Source: Nitrospinota bacterium (GTDB lineage: Bacteria; UBA8248). From it: 39,716 bases of DNA. Both the position numbers and the translations under genes were made by a program. Below are positions 1-9,643 of this stretch, piece after piece. The notes beneath the pieces are model-generated. The model ran no database searches. It saw only the letters and a list, made by a program, of their open reading frames with translations, and was not told the origin of the DNA. The stretch is from NCBI GenBank assembly GCA_030754595.1, contig JASLZZ010000062.1:1-39716 (forward strand), written 5' to 3'. Numbering within the stretch: position 1 is the first letter of the stretch; each line of letters starts with the position of its first letter.

Positions 1-331
1 GTCTGGTTGGCCAGAGACGGGATACCTGCGCGCGCATGAGAAAAACCGGCCACCGGGAGGCTCTTCGGAGTTCCGATGACCGAAGATAAAATGGAAAATG
101 GGTATGAATTGTGGCTAAAATGCTGCGATAACACAAAATCGAGGGAAGTTAGGCGGTTTTTAGAGGTTCCCTATAATCCCTCGCAACAATAATCTGGGGG
201 GCATTTGCCCTTCCCTGAACCCACCGGCATCATTGGATTTGTAAACGGACAATCTCAAAATTTAGGGATTTGAGTTGATTTCCCTCCAGCCCCTCAACAT
301 CGCCGGGGCTGCCTGAACAGGATGGAAGACG

Positions 332-1114
332 ATGTTTTTTCTAAGGAAATTTATTGCAGCAACCCTATTTCCCGCTGCTTTGTGCGCCGAACTCATGGTC
401 ATCGGCCTCTTCTTCTTGTTGATGACCCGGCGGAAGATCCTGGGAAAGATTTTTCTTTCCGCCGGAATCTTGATTTTCTTGCTGGTCAGCCAAAATGTAG
501 TGAGCGACGCACTGCTCAGACCGCTGGAATCCACTTATCCGGCCCTTCAGAAGCCGGGCCGAATTGCCTCAAAAAGTCCCAAAAGTATTCGTTGGATAGT
601 CGTTCTCGGCGGTGGATACAGCTTCGACCCAGACCTTCCGATTACCTCTCGCCTCTCACCTGCCAGTATCTATCGCCTCATTGAGGGTATTCGGCTTCTG
701 CGTAGATTTCCGCGCAGCCGGCTCATTCTATCGGGAGGCACTATCTGGAACAAAGAATCCGATGGAAAAGGTTTTCAGAGACTGGATATCGCTTTGGGCG
801 TGGATAAGCAGAGAATAATCCTTGAGGAAAAATCGCGAACCACCCGGGATCAGGCAGTATATATCAAAAAAATTATCGGAAATGACAGGTTAGTCCTGGT
901 AACTTCAGCCTCTCACATGCCCAGGGCGATGGCGATGTTCCAAAAGGAGGAAATGAACCCCATTCCGGCGCCAACGGACCACCGGGTATCAAAAAATCCT
1001 TCTCCGGTTTATATGAGACTTATCCCCAATGCAGACGCTTTGGTAAAATCAAAGCGGTCATTCTATGAGTACCTGGGGCTGGCCTGGGCCAAATTACGCG
1101 GCGATATCAATTAG
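332..1114 (+). CDS. elyC: Envelope biogenesis factor ElyC / YdcF (DUF218) family protein
   Basis: Two N-terminal TM segments, then LLRPLESTYP, IVVLGGG, RLIEGIRL, LVTSASHMPRA and C-terminal YEYLG, closely resembling E. coli ElyC. Confidence 0.85.
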   Translation: MFFLRKFIAATLFPAALCAELMVIGLFFLLMTRRKILGKIFLSAGILIFLLVSQNVVSDALLRPLESTYPALQKPGRIASKSPKSIRWIVVLGGGYSFDPDLPITSRLSPASIYRLIEGIRLLRRFPRSRLILSGGTIWNKESDGKGFQRLDIALGVDKQRIILEEKSRTTRDQAVYIKKIIGNDRLVLVTSASHMPRAMAMFQKEEMNPIPAPTDHRVSKNPSPVYMRLIPNADALVKSKRSFYEYLGLAWAKLRGDIN

Positions 1115-1150
1115 CCGCCGAATCGAGGTTCTCTTTTTCAAGTACGAAAA

Positions 1151-1417
1151 TTATCTGCCGAACGATGCGGTTTTCGTGGATGACAGGTTATTACCGCTGG
1201 CAGACTCATCGCAATGAAGCGTTCCATTCCCCGGAATTTCGGATTTGGGGGTCACCATCACCTGAAAGCAGTCCGCGCAAATACCGTGAGAAACGGGAAC
1301 CTGCTCCGCCTTGGGAGGAGCAACGTCCAGGTGCACGATGGGCTCAGTCAACCCTATTCCGTGGTACGTCCCATCATCACCCAAAACCCGAAAACAATAA
1401 CCACATTGCTTAATCAT
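1151..1417 (-). CDS. Small putative zinc-binding protein (CxxC ... SHGICxxC)
   Basis: ORF track gives 1151..1441; the ATG at 1417 follows an AAAGGGGA RBS. The protein has CGYC and SHGICADC, the pattern of the Zn-ribbon seen at the C-terminus of many PAS/response-regulator proteins. Confidence 0.65.
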   Translation of the reverse strand: MIKQCGYCFRVLGDDGTYHGIGLTEPIVHLDVAPPKAEQVPVSHGICADCFQVMVTPKSEIPGNGTLHCDESASGNNLSSTKTASFGR

Positions 1418-1532
1418 TCTGATATCCCCTTTTCTCATCACTCAATTAACAATGCCGAGGCTAAACGATCTCATCGTTATATTTGCTCAAGCCAGGGTCG
1501 TACGGTCCTGAAAACCACTCGTCCCATATAAG

Positions 1533-1549
1533 TGCAACCTTTGTGCCGA
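1533..1549 (-). promoter_or_regulatory. Putative sigma-54 (-24/-12) promoter
   Basis: Minus strand reads TCGGCACAAAGGTTGCA, i.e. GG-N10-GC with GGCAC and TTGCA, about 115 nt upstream of the 1417 ATG. An AT-rich, IHF-like sequence lies at about 1575-1587. Confidence 0.7.
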
Positions 1550-1889
1550 TTCGAAGTCCAGGGGAAAATCGACCTAACTGTTAAATTATAAAGAATTACC
1601 ATTCAAAAATTCCTGCTCCCTTTATTCACACCCTTCACCACCGTCAGGAAATCCTTTCCACTTATCATAGAAATGGGGCGACAAAATACACAATTCACTA
1701 AATAACAAAGACATACATAGAGATAATTTTTTTGCGGGAATCAGACGCAAGGAGCCATATTCCTGGCGCCTTGAAACGATATTCCGGAACCATGGGAGAG
1801 AATTGATCTCAAAAAGAGAGGTGCAACACTAAAACTCTTGGATTTCACCCGATTATTATGATTTTAGCGGCTGCTCCTCATTCTCCGAA

Positions 1890-2972
1890 TCAGGGACTCC
1901 CGGAATCAGGGTCCAGGACGGGAGGCCCAAGGTCGTCACCGGATACATCGCCGGAGGAGGAATCCGAAACGGATGGATCCGAGACGGATGAGGGCTCGGG
2001 GCCGGGCTCTCCCTCTGAAGCCAGGGGGAGGAAGGGGCGAACCTTATAAAAGGAGCGCTGCATAATTGAATTTCGGCTTGTAAATGGTTCATCGCCCCGA
2101 TCCAGTTCAATGGTGCGCACGACCAGATTAAATTTCGCATCGATATCATCGGCATAGTGAAGCAGCATTGCCTCGGGCGTCATCGGCACCTTCACCGTTC
2201 CCCATTCGAGTTGCCCTTGGTGGGCAAGGATCATATGTTCGATGTGGAGCAGAAATTCCTCGGGCAATTTCCCGAACTGCTTGGCCCGATCGCGGACGAT
2301 ATCCCTGCTCAGAACCACGTGCCCCAAAAGCCTTCCCTCATCCGTGTAAGAAATCCCCCCGCTCGCCGAAAGTTCATCCACCTTCCCGATGTCGTGCAAC
2401 ATCGCGCCAGCAATGAGCAGATCCTTTGAAACATCGTATTTATCCGCCAAATACAGGCAGGTTTTCGTCACCGAAAGGGTATGCTCCAAAAGCCCCCCAA
2501 GGTAGGGATGATGAATCCGCAAGGCGGCCGGCCAGGTTTTGAATTTCTCCTCGTAGCGGTCAAAAACAGATATGAGAAATTCACCCACCAAGGGATGGCA
2601 GGCGAGGGCTATCTGGCGAATTTCCTCCCACATGGAGTCAATGTCGAAGGGGGTCTGCTCGACGCAGTCCTCCGGGCGAAATCCCTCCTCGAAATCCTCG
2701 TCAATGACTTTGCGAATTTTCTGGACACGAAGCTGAAGCGCTCCCCGGTAGGATTCCACCGAGGCGCGAACCTTGACGAAGTCCCCCTGCTCGATCACAC
2801 CGAGCACCTGCTCCCCGGCTTCCCACACCTTCGCGGGTAGCGCGGCCGAGCGGTCCTCGAGAACTAAATCCAGATATTTTTTCCCGTTTCGCGTTTCCCG
2901 CTCGCCGTATTCGCGAATCCGGAAAAACCCGTCGAATCTCTCGCCTTCCCTGAGTTCCGATATCCTAGGCAC
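1890..2972 (-). CDS. yhaM: YhaM/Cbf1-like 3'-5' exoribonuclease (OB fold + HD domain)
   Basis: N-terminal OB fold (TRNGKKYLDLVLEDRS...KVW), PAA..IHH.Y.GGLLEH, LHDIGK, GRLLGH, HMILAHQG, EAMLLHYADDIDAK. GTG start after GGAGA. Confidence 0.85.
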   Translation of the reverse strand: MPRISELREGERFDGFFRIREYGERETRNGKKYLDLVLEDRSAALPAKVWEAGEQVLGVIEQGDFVKVRASVESYRGALQLRVQKIRKVIDEDFEEGFRPEDCVEQTPFDIDSMWEEIRQIALACHPLVGEFLISVFDRYEEKFKTWPAALRIHHPYLGGLLEHTLSVTKTCLYLADKYDVSKDLLIAGAMLHDIGKVDELSASGGISYTDEGRLLGHVVLSRDIVRDRAKQFGKLPEEFLLHIEHMILAHQGQLEWGTVKVPMTPEAMLLHYADDIDAKFNLVVRTIELDRGDEPFTSRNSIMQRSFYKVRPFLPLASEGEPGPEPSSVSDPSVSDSSSGDVSGDDLGPPVLDPDSGSP

Positions 2973-3189
2973 TCCGTTCTCCTGAAGCGCGGCCCGCCCC
3001 AGGGTCCGCCCTCACTCGATTCAAAGGCAAATATTTTTCTTTAATTGAAACTCCAACAATCCGCCTCCGGCGTCAATAGACGAAAGCCCGGGAAACCCGC
3101 TCCAGGTCCGCCATTGATATAATTTTTTAACTTGTCGGCAATTTATTGTATTATTTATATCGCTTCTTGCTCATCTAAATCCCCCTGGA

Positions 3190-3717
3190 TTGGGCGGTCA
3201 CACCGAAAGAGTATCGAAAATTCTCTCATTCAGCATGGACCGGTTTGGAGGGGGAGGATCACTCTCAACGCTCCTTCACGATGTCGGCAAGGTGGGGATT
3301 CCCGACGGCATCCTGTTCAAGCCGGGCCGCCTCGAGCCCGAGGAGTACGGGGTGATGAAGACCCATTCGCGCATCGGCCAGGATACGTCCCGGAAGGCGC
3401 AGGCTCATATCGGAGACGACAACTTCCTCTCGCTCGAGGTGGACATTGCCGGCCATCACCACGAGCGATGGGACGGGAAGGGGCATCCCTCCGGGCTCAA
3501 GGAAGACGAAATTCCTTTCGCGGCGCGAATCGTGGCGATCGCCGATGTGTACGATGCTCTGGTCTCGCCGCGGGTATACAAGGCGGCGTGTTCGCACGAA
3601 GAGACGATGAAATACATGATCGAAGGCGGGGGCACCCAGTTCGACCCCATTCTGACCGAAGTGCTCGGCGAGCAGGGCGAGGCGTTCCGGAAAATCCGGG
3701 ACACCTGGGAGGAGTAG
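3190..3717 (+). pseudogene. HD-GYP domain (c-di-GMP phosphodiesterase family), probably a degenerate fragment
   Basis: GHTERV, LLHDVGK, HHHERWDGKGHP and RIVAIADVYDAL are present. There is no sensor domain and no clear RBS, the HxxRV-to-HD spacer is short, and there is an apparent frameshift at about 3191. Confidence 0.6.
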
Positions 3718-3751
3718 TCCCCTTCCGCCCCGAATTACTCGCCTCGACTCC

Positions 3752-4792
3752 TTAACACTCCAGTACAACCTTGATGGCGTTGTCTTTTTTTCCGCTGAAC
3801 ACATCGAATCCTTCCACGAATTCCTCGAGCTGGAAGGTATGGGTATTGATGGGGCCGCTGTCGATGCGTCCGCTTTCGTATGCGCGGACCGCGCGTTCGA
3901 CGGAGTAGTCTCCTTCTCCCCTGATGCCGTAGATGGTGATTTGATCGAGCGGGACGCGGTTCAGGGGCGCGGTGGGCTCCTCGCCTATCGTGATTCCGAG
4001 CAGGAGTACGCGCCCGCCCCGCCGCACCCGGCGGATGCATTCGGCCTGGAGAGCTCCGACGCCGGCCGCTTCGATCGCGAGGTCGGGGCCCCCCTTCCAG
4101 CCCCGCTCGGCCAGAATCACGTCCAAATCCTCGATTCCGGCGCACACCGTGACCTCGGCGCCGAGTTTTTTGGCGACCTCGAGCCGCGATGGAAGGGTGT
4201 CCACGATGCAGACCTCCCCCGCGCCGAGAAAGCGGGCAAACTGCATCGTCAGCAGCCCGATGGCTCCGGCCCCGTAAATCAGAACCCGGTCGCCGGTCTC
4301 GATTCCGCAGGTCTCCACGCCGACGATGGCCGTGCCCGCCGTCGTCATCAGCGTTCCGGTCGTGAAGGGCATGCCCTCGGGTAGGCGGTGAAGGAGCCTC
4401 ACCGGCACCACGCATAGCTGCGCGAAGCCGCCGTTGGTCGTCATCCCGATCTGGCGGTGAAGGGGCCGGCGGCCGTAGTTCTCGCATATGGTGTAGAATC
4501 CGCGCATGCAGTTGCAGCACCGGCCGCACCCTGCGTGGCTCTCGGTGGCGACCCGGTCGCCGGGGGAGAACTCATCCACGAGCTCGCCGGCCGAGACGAC
4601 CTCGCCGGTCCACTCGTGCCCCGGGATGAGGGGATAGACCACACCTGGCATCTTCCCCTCGATCAGGTGGGTATCCGATCCGCAAAAGCTGCAGGCCTTG
4701 ACGCTCACGAGCACTTCATCTGGCCCCGGCTCGGGCTCGGGCATATCCTTCACTTCATAGGAATGGGGTTTTTCGACGTAAACTGCGCGCAT
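3752..4792 (-). CDS. Zinc-dependent alcohol dehydrogenase (MDR; threonine/sorbitol dehydrogenase-like)
   Basis: CGSD catalytic Cys, GHE motif, structural Zn CGRCCNC-x7-C, GAGAIG Rossmann motif; AAAGGAG RBS. Confidence 0.92.
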   Translation of the reverse strand: MRAVYVEKPHSYEVKDMPEPEPGPDEVLVSVKACSFCGSDTHLIEGKMPGVVYPLIPGHEWTGEVVSAGELVDEFSPGDRVATESHAGCGRCCNCMRGFYTICENYGRRPLHRQIGMTTNGGFAQLCVVPVRLLHRLPEGMPFTTGTLMTTAGTAIVGVETCGIETGDRVLIYGAGAIGLLTMQFARFLGAGEVCIVDTLPSRLEVAKKLGAEVTVCAGIEDLDVILAERGWKGGPDLAIEAAGVGALQAECIRRVRRGGRVLLLGITIGEEPTAPLNRVPLDQITIYGIRGEGDYSVERAVRAYESGRIDSGPINTHTFQLEEFVEGFDVFSGKKDNAIKVVLEC

Positions 4793-4942
4793 GAAAAGTC
4801 TCCTTTATAAACAGGGGATGAATGAGATTTATCACAGAGGAGGGCCCCGGCGGCAAGTGGGGGCGGGCTCCGGGACTCCGGCCCCTCCGCCTTGAGGAAG
4901 AGTGCGCAGAATGCCATATTGAAGATATGATACTACTAAACG

Positions 4943-4968
4943 TGGCCACCCGGAACCTCGGGTGGCCA
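4943..4968. promoter_or_regulatory. Perfect 10-bp inverted repeat in the divergent ADH/Mo-enzyme intergenic region
   Basis: TGGCCACCCG-gaacct-CGGGTGGCCA; could be an operator or a 5'-UTR hairpin. Confidence 0.4.
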
Positions 4969-5022
4969 ATCCCTGATTTTTTCGATTATCGATAAGCGGC
5001 TCTCGAGTCGGGAGGAGAAACA

Positions 5023-7305
5023 ATGGTGCCCCCCATGAACATTGTAGGCAAGCGGTATCCCCGGGATGACGCCCCCCAGGGAGTGTCCGGGGGGAGTAAG
5101 TATGTGGACGATTTAAATCCTCCGGGTGTCCTTTACGGGGCGGTTCTCAGGGCGGGAAGGGCCCACGCGCGCATCCTCGAGATCGACACCTCCCGCGCGG
5201 AGCGCTCCGAGGGGGTGGCTCGTGTCCTGACGGGCCGGGATGTTCCTAAAAACGCCTACGGTCTCTACGTCGACGATCAGCCCGTTCTCTGCCTGGACCG
5301 GGTCCGCTACGAGGGGGATCCCGTTGTCGTCCTTTGCGCCGAGAGCTGGGAGGCGGCCGCCGAGGCTATCCGGAAGGTCCGGGTGGAGTATGAGGATCTT
5401 CCCGCCGTCACCGACCCCGAGGAGGCGCTGAAGCCGGGGAGCCCGATCCTCCACGAGTCGAACCCGGGCGGAAATCTCTTGCTCGAATGGAAGGTCCGGC
5501 GAGGAGAGATGGAGCGAGGGTTCGCCGAGGCGGACTTCATCGTCGAGGAGCGCTACCGCTCCCGCCCGCAGGAACACGTCTCGATCGAGACCCATCACTG
5601 CATGGCCGAGGTGGATTCTTCCGGAAAGGTGACCATCTATGTTTCCTCCCAGACGCCCTACATCATGCGGGCGAATCTGAGCAAAGTGCTCAAGCTTCCC
5701 ATTTCGCGCCTCCGGATCGTGGGGTGCAAGGTGGGGGGCGGCTTCGGCGGAAAGCACGAAATCCTGCTTGAGCCCTTCGCCGCGCTCTGCGCGATGAAGA
5801 CGGGGCGTCCCGTGAAATTCCGGATGTCGCGGGAGGAGGAGTTCACCGCATCGACCATCCGGCACTCCCTGATCATGGACTACAAGACAGGCGTCAGCCA
5901 TGCGGGGGAGATCACCGCCCGCGAACTCAAGATCATTCTCGACGGCGGCGCCTACGCCTCCTTCGGGGAGACAACCGCCTCGAAGGCCGCACTCATGGGC
6001 GCGGGGCCCTACCGAATCGACAATCTTTTTGTGGATGCCTCGCTGGTCTATACGAACAACGGTCTCGCCGGCGCCGTGCGCGGGTTCGGCGTCACCCAGA
6101 CCACCTACGCCTGCGAGAGCCACATGGACACCATCGCCCGGCGGCTCGAGATGGACCCGCTCGATTTCCGCCGGCGTAACGCGATCCGCGAGGGTGACTC
6201 TGCCCACAGCGGCGACACCATCCGGAGTTGCGGTCTGGAGGAAACGATGGAGGCCGTCGCCCGCGAGGTCGGCTGGAACGCCATCGGCAAGGGGCGGCTC
6301 TCCCCCTGCGGAACCCGCCGCCGAGGCCGCGGGTTGGCGGCCATGATCTATCCGGTCGGCTTTACGGCGACGAACAACCCGAGCGCGGCCTTCGCGCGGG
6401 TGAACGAGGACGCCACGCTGACGCTCTGGAGCGGAGTGGTGGACATGGGCCAGGGCGCCCATACGATTCTGCGCCAGATCGCCGCCGAGGAGATGGGTGT
6501 CCCGCTCGAGGCCGTCCAGATTATCTCGGGCGATTCGGATATCGCCCCGCTGGACTTAGGCTCCGTCGCCAGCCGCGTCACCCATATCGCCGGCAACGCC
6601 GTCCTACGGGCGGTGGGCAAGGTCAAGGCCCAGTTGGCTCGAAAGGCGGGGGAGATGCTTGAAGCTTCTGAAAAGGACATTAAAATCGAGGATTCCACCG
6701 CATTTGTCGAGGCAGCTCCCGAGCGCAGCCTCCCGCTCTCGGAGGTGGCCCTGAAGTGCCACAAGGACGGGGAGATTATCATAGGAGAAGACACCTATAA
6801 TCCCCCCGATCTCCATCTGGACAAATCGACTGGCCAGGGAAAGCCATACGACTGCTATGTCTTCGCGACTCACGCAGCCGAGGTGGAGGTGGACACCGAC
6901 ACCGGCGAGTACCGGGTGCTTCGGCTGGCGGCGGCCCACGACGTGGGCCGGGCGGTGAACCCGATGAACGTGGAGGGCCAGATCGAGGGTGGAGCGCTCC
7001 AGGGCTATGGTTTCGGAATGATGGAGCGAATCGAATTCAAGGGCGGGATCGCCCAGAATCCCAGCCTGGAGGGATATATGATCCCGACCTCATTGGACGC
7101 TCCCGGCGAAATGAAGGTCATCGTCGTGGAGACCCATGAGCCCTCGGGCCCCTTCGGGGCCAAGGGCGTCGCGGAGCCCGCGCTCAATCCGACGACGCCC
7201 GCCGTGTTAAACGCGATTTACGATGCCGTCGGCGCCAGGGTTCAGGATCTTCCTGCGACGCCGGAAGCGGTTCTCCGGGCGATGCCCGGCCGGAACGGCG
7301 GCTGA
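5023..7305 (+). CDS. Xanthine dehydrogenase family molybdopterin-binding subunit (copy 1)
   Basis: YVDD, HARI, GGGFGGK, AVRGFG loop, DMGQG, ASR, HDVGRAVNP..VEGQIEGG, GPFGAKGVAE; GGAGGAG RBS. Confidence 0.93.
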   Translation: MVPPMNIVGKRYPRDDAPQGVSGGSKYVDDLNPPGVLYGAVLRAGRAHARILEIDTSRAERSEGVARVLTGRDVPKNAYGLYVDDQPVLCLDRVRYEGDPVVVLCAESWEAAAEAIRKVRVEYEDLPAVTDPEEALKPGSPILHESNPGGNLLLEWKVRRGEMERGFAEADFIVEERYRSRPQEHVSIETHHCMAEVDSSGKVTIYVSSQTPYIMRANLSKVLKLPISRLRIVGCKVGGGFGGKHEILLEPFAALCAMKTGRPVKFRMSREEEFTASTIRHSLIMDYKTGVSHAGEITARELKIILDGGAYASFGETTASKAALMGAGPYRIDNLFVDASLVYTNNGLAGAVRGFGVTQTTYACESHMDTIARRLEMDPLDFRRRNAIREGDSAHSGDTIRSCGLEETMEAVAREVGWNAIGKGRLSPCGTRRRGRGLAAMIYPVGFTATNNPSAAFARVNEDATLTLWSGVVDMGQGAHTILRQIAAEEMGVPLEAVQIISGDSDIAPLDLGSVASRVTHIAGNAVLRAVGKVKAQLARKAGEMLEASEKDIKIEDSTAFVEAAPERSLPLSEVALKCHKDGEIIIGEDTYNPPDLHLDKSTGQGKPYDCYVFATHAAEVEVDTDTGEYRVLRLAAAHDVGRAVNPMNVEGQIEGGALQGYGFGMMERIEFKGGIAQNPSLEGYMIPTSLDAPGEMKVIVVETHEPSGPFGAKGVAEPALNPTTPAVLNAIYDAVGARVQDLPATPEAVLRAMPGRNGG

Positions 7306-7353
7306 GACGGTTAATTCAAGAACATTTTCGATCCGGTTCAAGGAGGAGTCTCG

Positions 7354-8565
7354 ATGGTCGATTTTAAGCTCACCGAACAACAGGTCATGCTCCGCGACAT
7401 GGCGCGGAAGTTTGCCCAGGAAGAAATCGTTCCCGTCCGCGCCGAACTCGACCGCGAGTCCGACCCTCACGACGGCTTCTCCTGGGAGTTGCTCCGCAAG
7501 GCGGACGCCCTGGGCCTGCGCACCTTATCCCTCAAGGAGAAGGACGGCGGCATCGAGGCCGATATCATCACGCGCTGCATCGTGGGCGAGGAGCTTGCGA
7601 CGGGCGACCTGGGCTTCGCGGTCTGCCTCGATCAGATCTGGAAAATTTCGGGGGCCATCGAGAAGCTCTGCAACGATGAGCAGAAGGAGCGTTTCATCCC
7701 GATGTTCCGGGACGACCCCGAGTGCGTCCTTTCGATCGGGGTCACCGAACCCTCGGGCGGGTCGAACTACATACCGCCCATAGAGCGCAAGGAGACGCTC
7801 CAGACGCGTGCCGTGCTCAAGGGCGATCAGTGGGTGATCAACGGCTCGAAGTGCTTTGTCTCGAACGCGGGCCTCTCGAAGATCTACCTCGTTTTCGCCA
7901 TGACCGATCCTGACAAGCCTTTCTACGAGCGCTTCAGCGCGTTTCTCATCACCAGCGACGCGCCGGGTTTCTCCGTCGGCAAGACCGAAGACAAGATGGG
8001 CCAGCGCCTCGTCTGGAACAGCACCTTCAACTTCGACGACTGCACGGTTCCGGCGAAAAACCTGGTTGGCCGCCGCGGAGGGGGGATGCCCGATGTGCTC
8101 AAGTTCCTGGCCGAGGAGGGGAGCAACATCCAGGCCGGTGCGACCGTCCTGGGCACGGCGCGGGCCGCCTACGAAGCCGCCGTCGAGTACGCCAATGAGC
8201 GCTTCATCGGCGGCAAGATCATGATTCACCACCAACTGACCCACCACAAGCTGGCGAGCATGAAAATGCGCCTCGACGCGGCGCGCTCCTACCTCTACCG
8301 GGCGGCCTACAACATCGACTCGCCCGATGAGGAAAGCGACTACTCCATGGCGCCGCTGGCGAAGGTCTTCGCAGCGACATCCGCCTTCGACGTGGCCAAG
8401 GAGGCGCTCGAGTTGTTCGGGGCCTACGGCTATATGAAAGATCTTCCGATGGAGAAATACCTGCGCGATGCGGCGAGCTTCCTGCACTCGGACGGCGTGA
8501 ACGATGTCCTGCTTCTCCGGGCGGCGCGCCTGCTCTACGATCTGCCCGCGGAGATGTATCAGTAG
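7354..8565 (+). CDS. Acyl-CoA dehydrogenase family flavoprotein (atypical)
   Basis: TEPSGGSN, WVINGSKCFVSN, EDKMGQR, FGAYGY, EKYLRDA; AAGGAGG RBS. Confidence 0.9.
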   Translation: MVDFKLTEQQVMLRDMARKFAQEEIVPVRAELDRESDPHDGFSWELLRKADALGLRTLSLKEKDGGIEADIITRCIVGEELATGDLGFAVCLDQIWKISGAIEKLCNDEQKERFIPMFRDDPECVLSIGVTEPSGGSNYIPPIERKETLQTRAVLKGDQWVINGSKCFVSNAGLSKIYLVFAMTDPDKPFYERFSAFLITSDAPGFSVGKTEDKMGQRLVWNSTFNFDDCTVPAKNLVGRRGGGMPDVLKFLAEEGSNIQAGATVLGTARAAYEAAVEYANERFIGGKIMIHHQLTHHKLASMKMRLDAARSYLYRAAYNIDSPDEESDYSMAPLAKVFAATSAFDVAKEALELFGAYGYMKDLPMEKYLRDAASFLHSDGVNDVLLLRAARLLYDLPAEMYQ

Positions 8566-8622
8566 GCGGATAGCGGGGGTGGAGATTCGCCGGGCCGAAG
8601 CGGCCATCGGCGGCCGGTCTTG

Positions 8623-9318
8623 TCAGGGAAGGATATTCCGCACTTCCCGCCGAAGGGTTTCGAACTCGATGGGTTTGGCTATGTAGCTGTCGGCGCCGGC
8701 CTGGAGGCAATTATCCTTGTCCTCGGCCATGGCCTGAGCGCTTACGCCGAGAATGGGAATGTCCTTTGTCTCGGGGTTCTGTTTGATCCGGCGAATCGCT
8801 TCGAATCCGTCCACGAACGGCATCCGGAGGTCCATGATAATGAAATCGGGGTGGTCCCGGCCGAGGGCGTCGAGGGCTTCCTGGCCGTTAAATGCGGATT
8901 GTATTTGACCCGCCGATCTCATCAGCATTTTCATCAACTGGTGATAGTCCGCCAGAACATCGACGACGAGGACCTTCCGTCCCCTCCAGGGGGAATCGGA
9001 GCGAGCCCGGACGGCGGTGGGGCTGGTTTCCCCGCCGGCGGCTTCTCGATCGGGCGAGAGCGGGACAGCGAATATGAATGAACTTCCTTTCCCGGCCTCG
9101 GATTCCACCCAGATTCTCCCGCCGTGAAGGGCGAGGAGCTGTTTGATGAGGCTGAGGCCGATTCCCAGCACGCCGGTTTTCCGCTGGTGACCACCCTCGA
9201 CCTGCTCGAAACGATCGAAAATGGACTCGTGAAGGTCGGGACTGATTCCTAACCTCTCGTCGCTGACGCTTACCCGGACCTCGTCACCGTGGGCCGTTTC
9301 GGGCGAGCATGTCTTCAT
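8623..9318 (-). pseudogene. Remnant of a hybrid histidine kinase (partial HATPase_c + receiver domain)
   Basis: Degenerate G1 (DERLGI), F box (IFDRF), G2 (GVLGIGL), HGGRIWVES..GKGS.F, then a REC domain (LVVD, MDLRMPFVDG, KP). HisKA and the N box are absent. Confidence 0.75.
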
Positions 9319-9364
9319 CGAGAAGCATGTCCGGTTGGAGGTCTTCGAGGTTAATGACGCCCAA
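9284..9364 (-). pseudogene. 26-aa 5' fragment of an unrelated small gene abutting the kinase remnant
   Basis: TTG start after GAGG; MGVINLEDLQPDMLLDEDMLARNG resembles the 'I.l.dL.pGM.La.D....nG' N-terminal motif of HD-GYP-associated proteins; stops two codons later. Confidence 0.45.
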
Positions 9365-9555
9365 TTGATGGCCTCGCGGAAGTTGGATTGCTATGCCGGG
9401 ATCAAGAAAATGGATCCTCTGGGCCCGGGGACGGAGGGCATTGAATAGCTAAAAAGAGCAATATATGCACTCTAGTCAACATTCCCAAACTCCGGCCCAA
9501 AATGCAAGCCGATATTAGTTCATTTCGAAAAATATTGGAACTCGGTGCGTATTAA

Positions 9556-9585
9556 TTAAGAAAATTCAAATATTTATCGTATAAT
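9556..9585 (+). promoter_or_regulatory. Putative sigma-70 promoter of the second Mo subunit
   Basis: TTAAGA-N18-TATAAT in AT-rich DNA about 60 nt upstream of the GTG at 9644. Confidence 0.4.
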
Positions 9586-9643
9586 CCGGGAGAAACCTTA
9601 TCGAAAAAATTTAGCCCCTTTTACAACAAGAACGGAGAGATTC

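Noticed and set aside
1..37. Start of a minus-strand gene running off the window edge
   Set aside because: Only about 12 codons are visible, with no motif or clear RBS.
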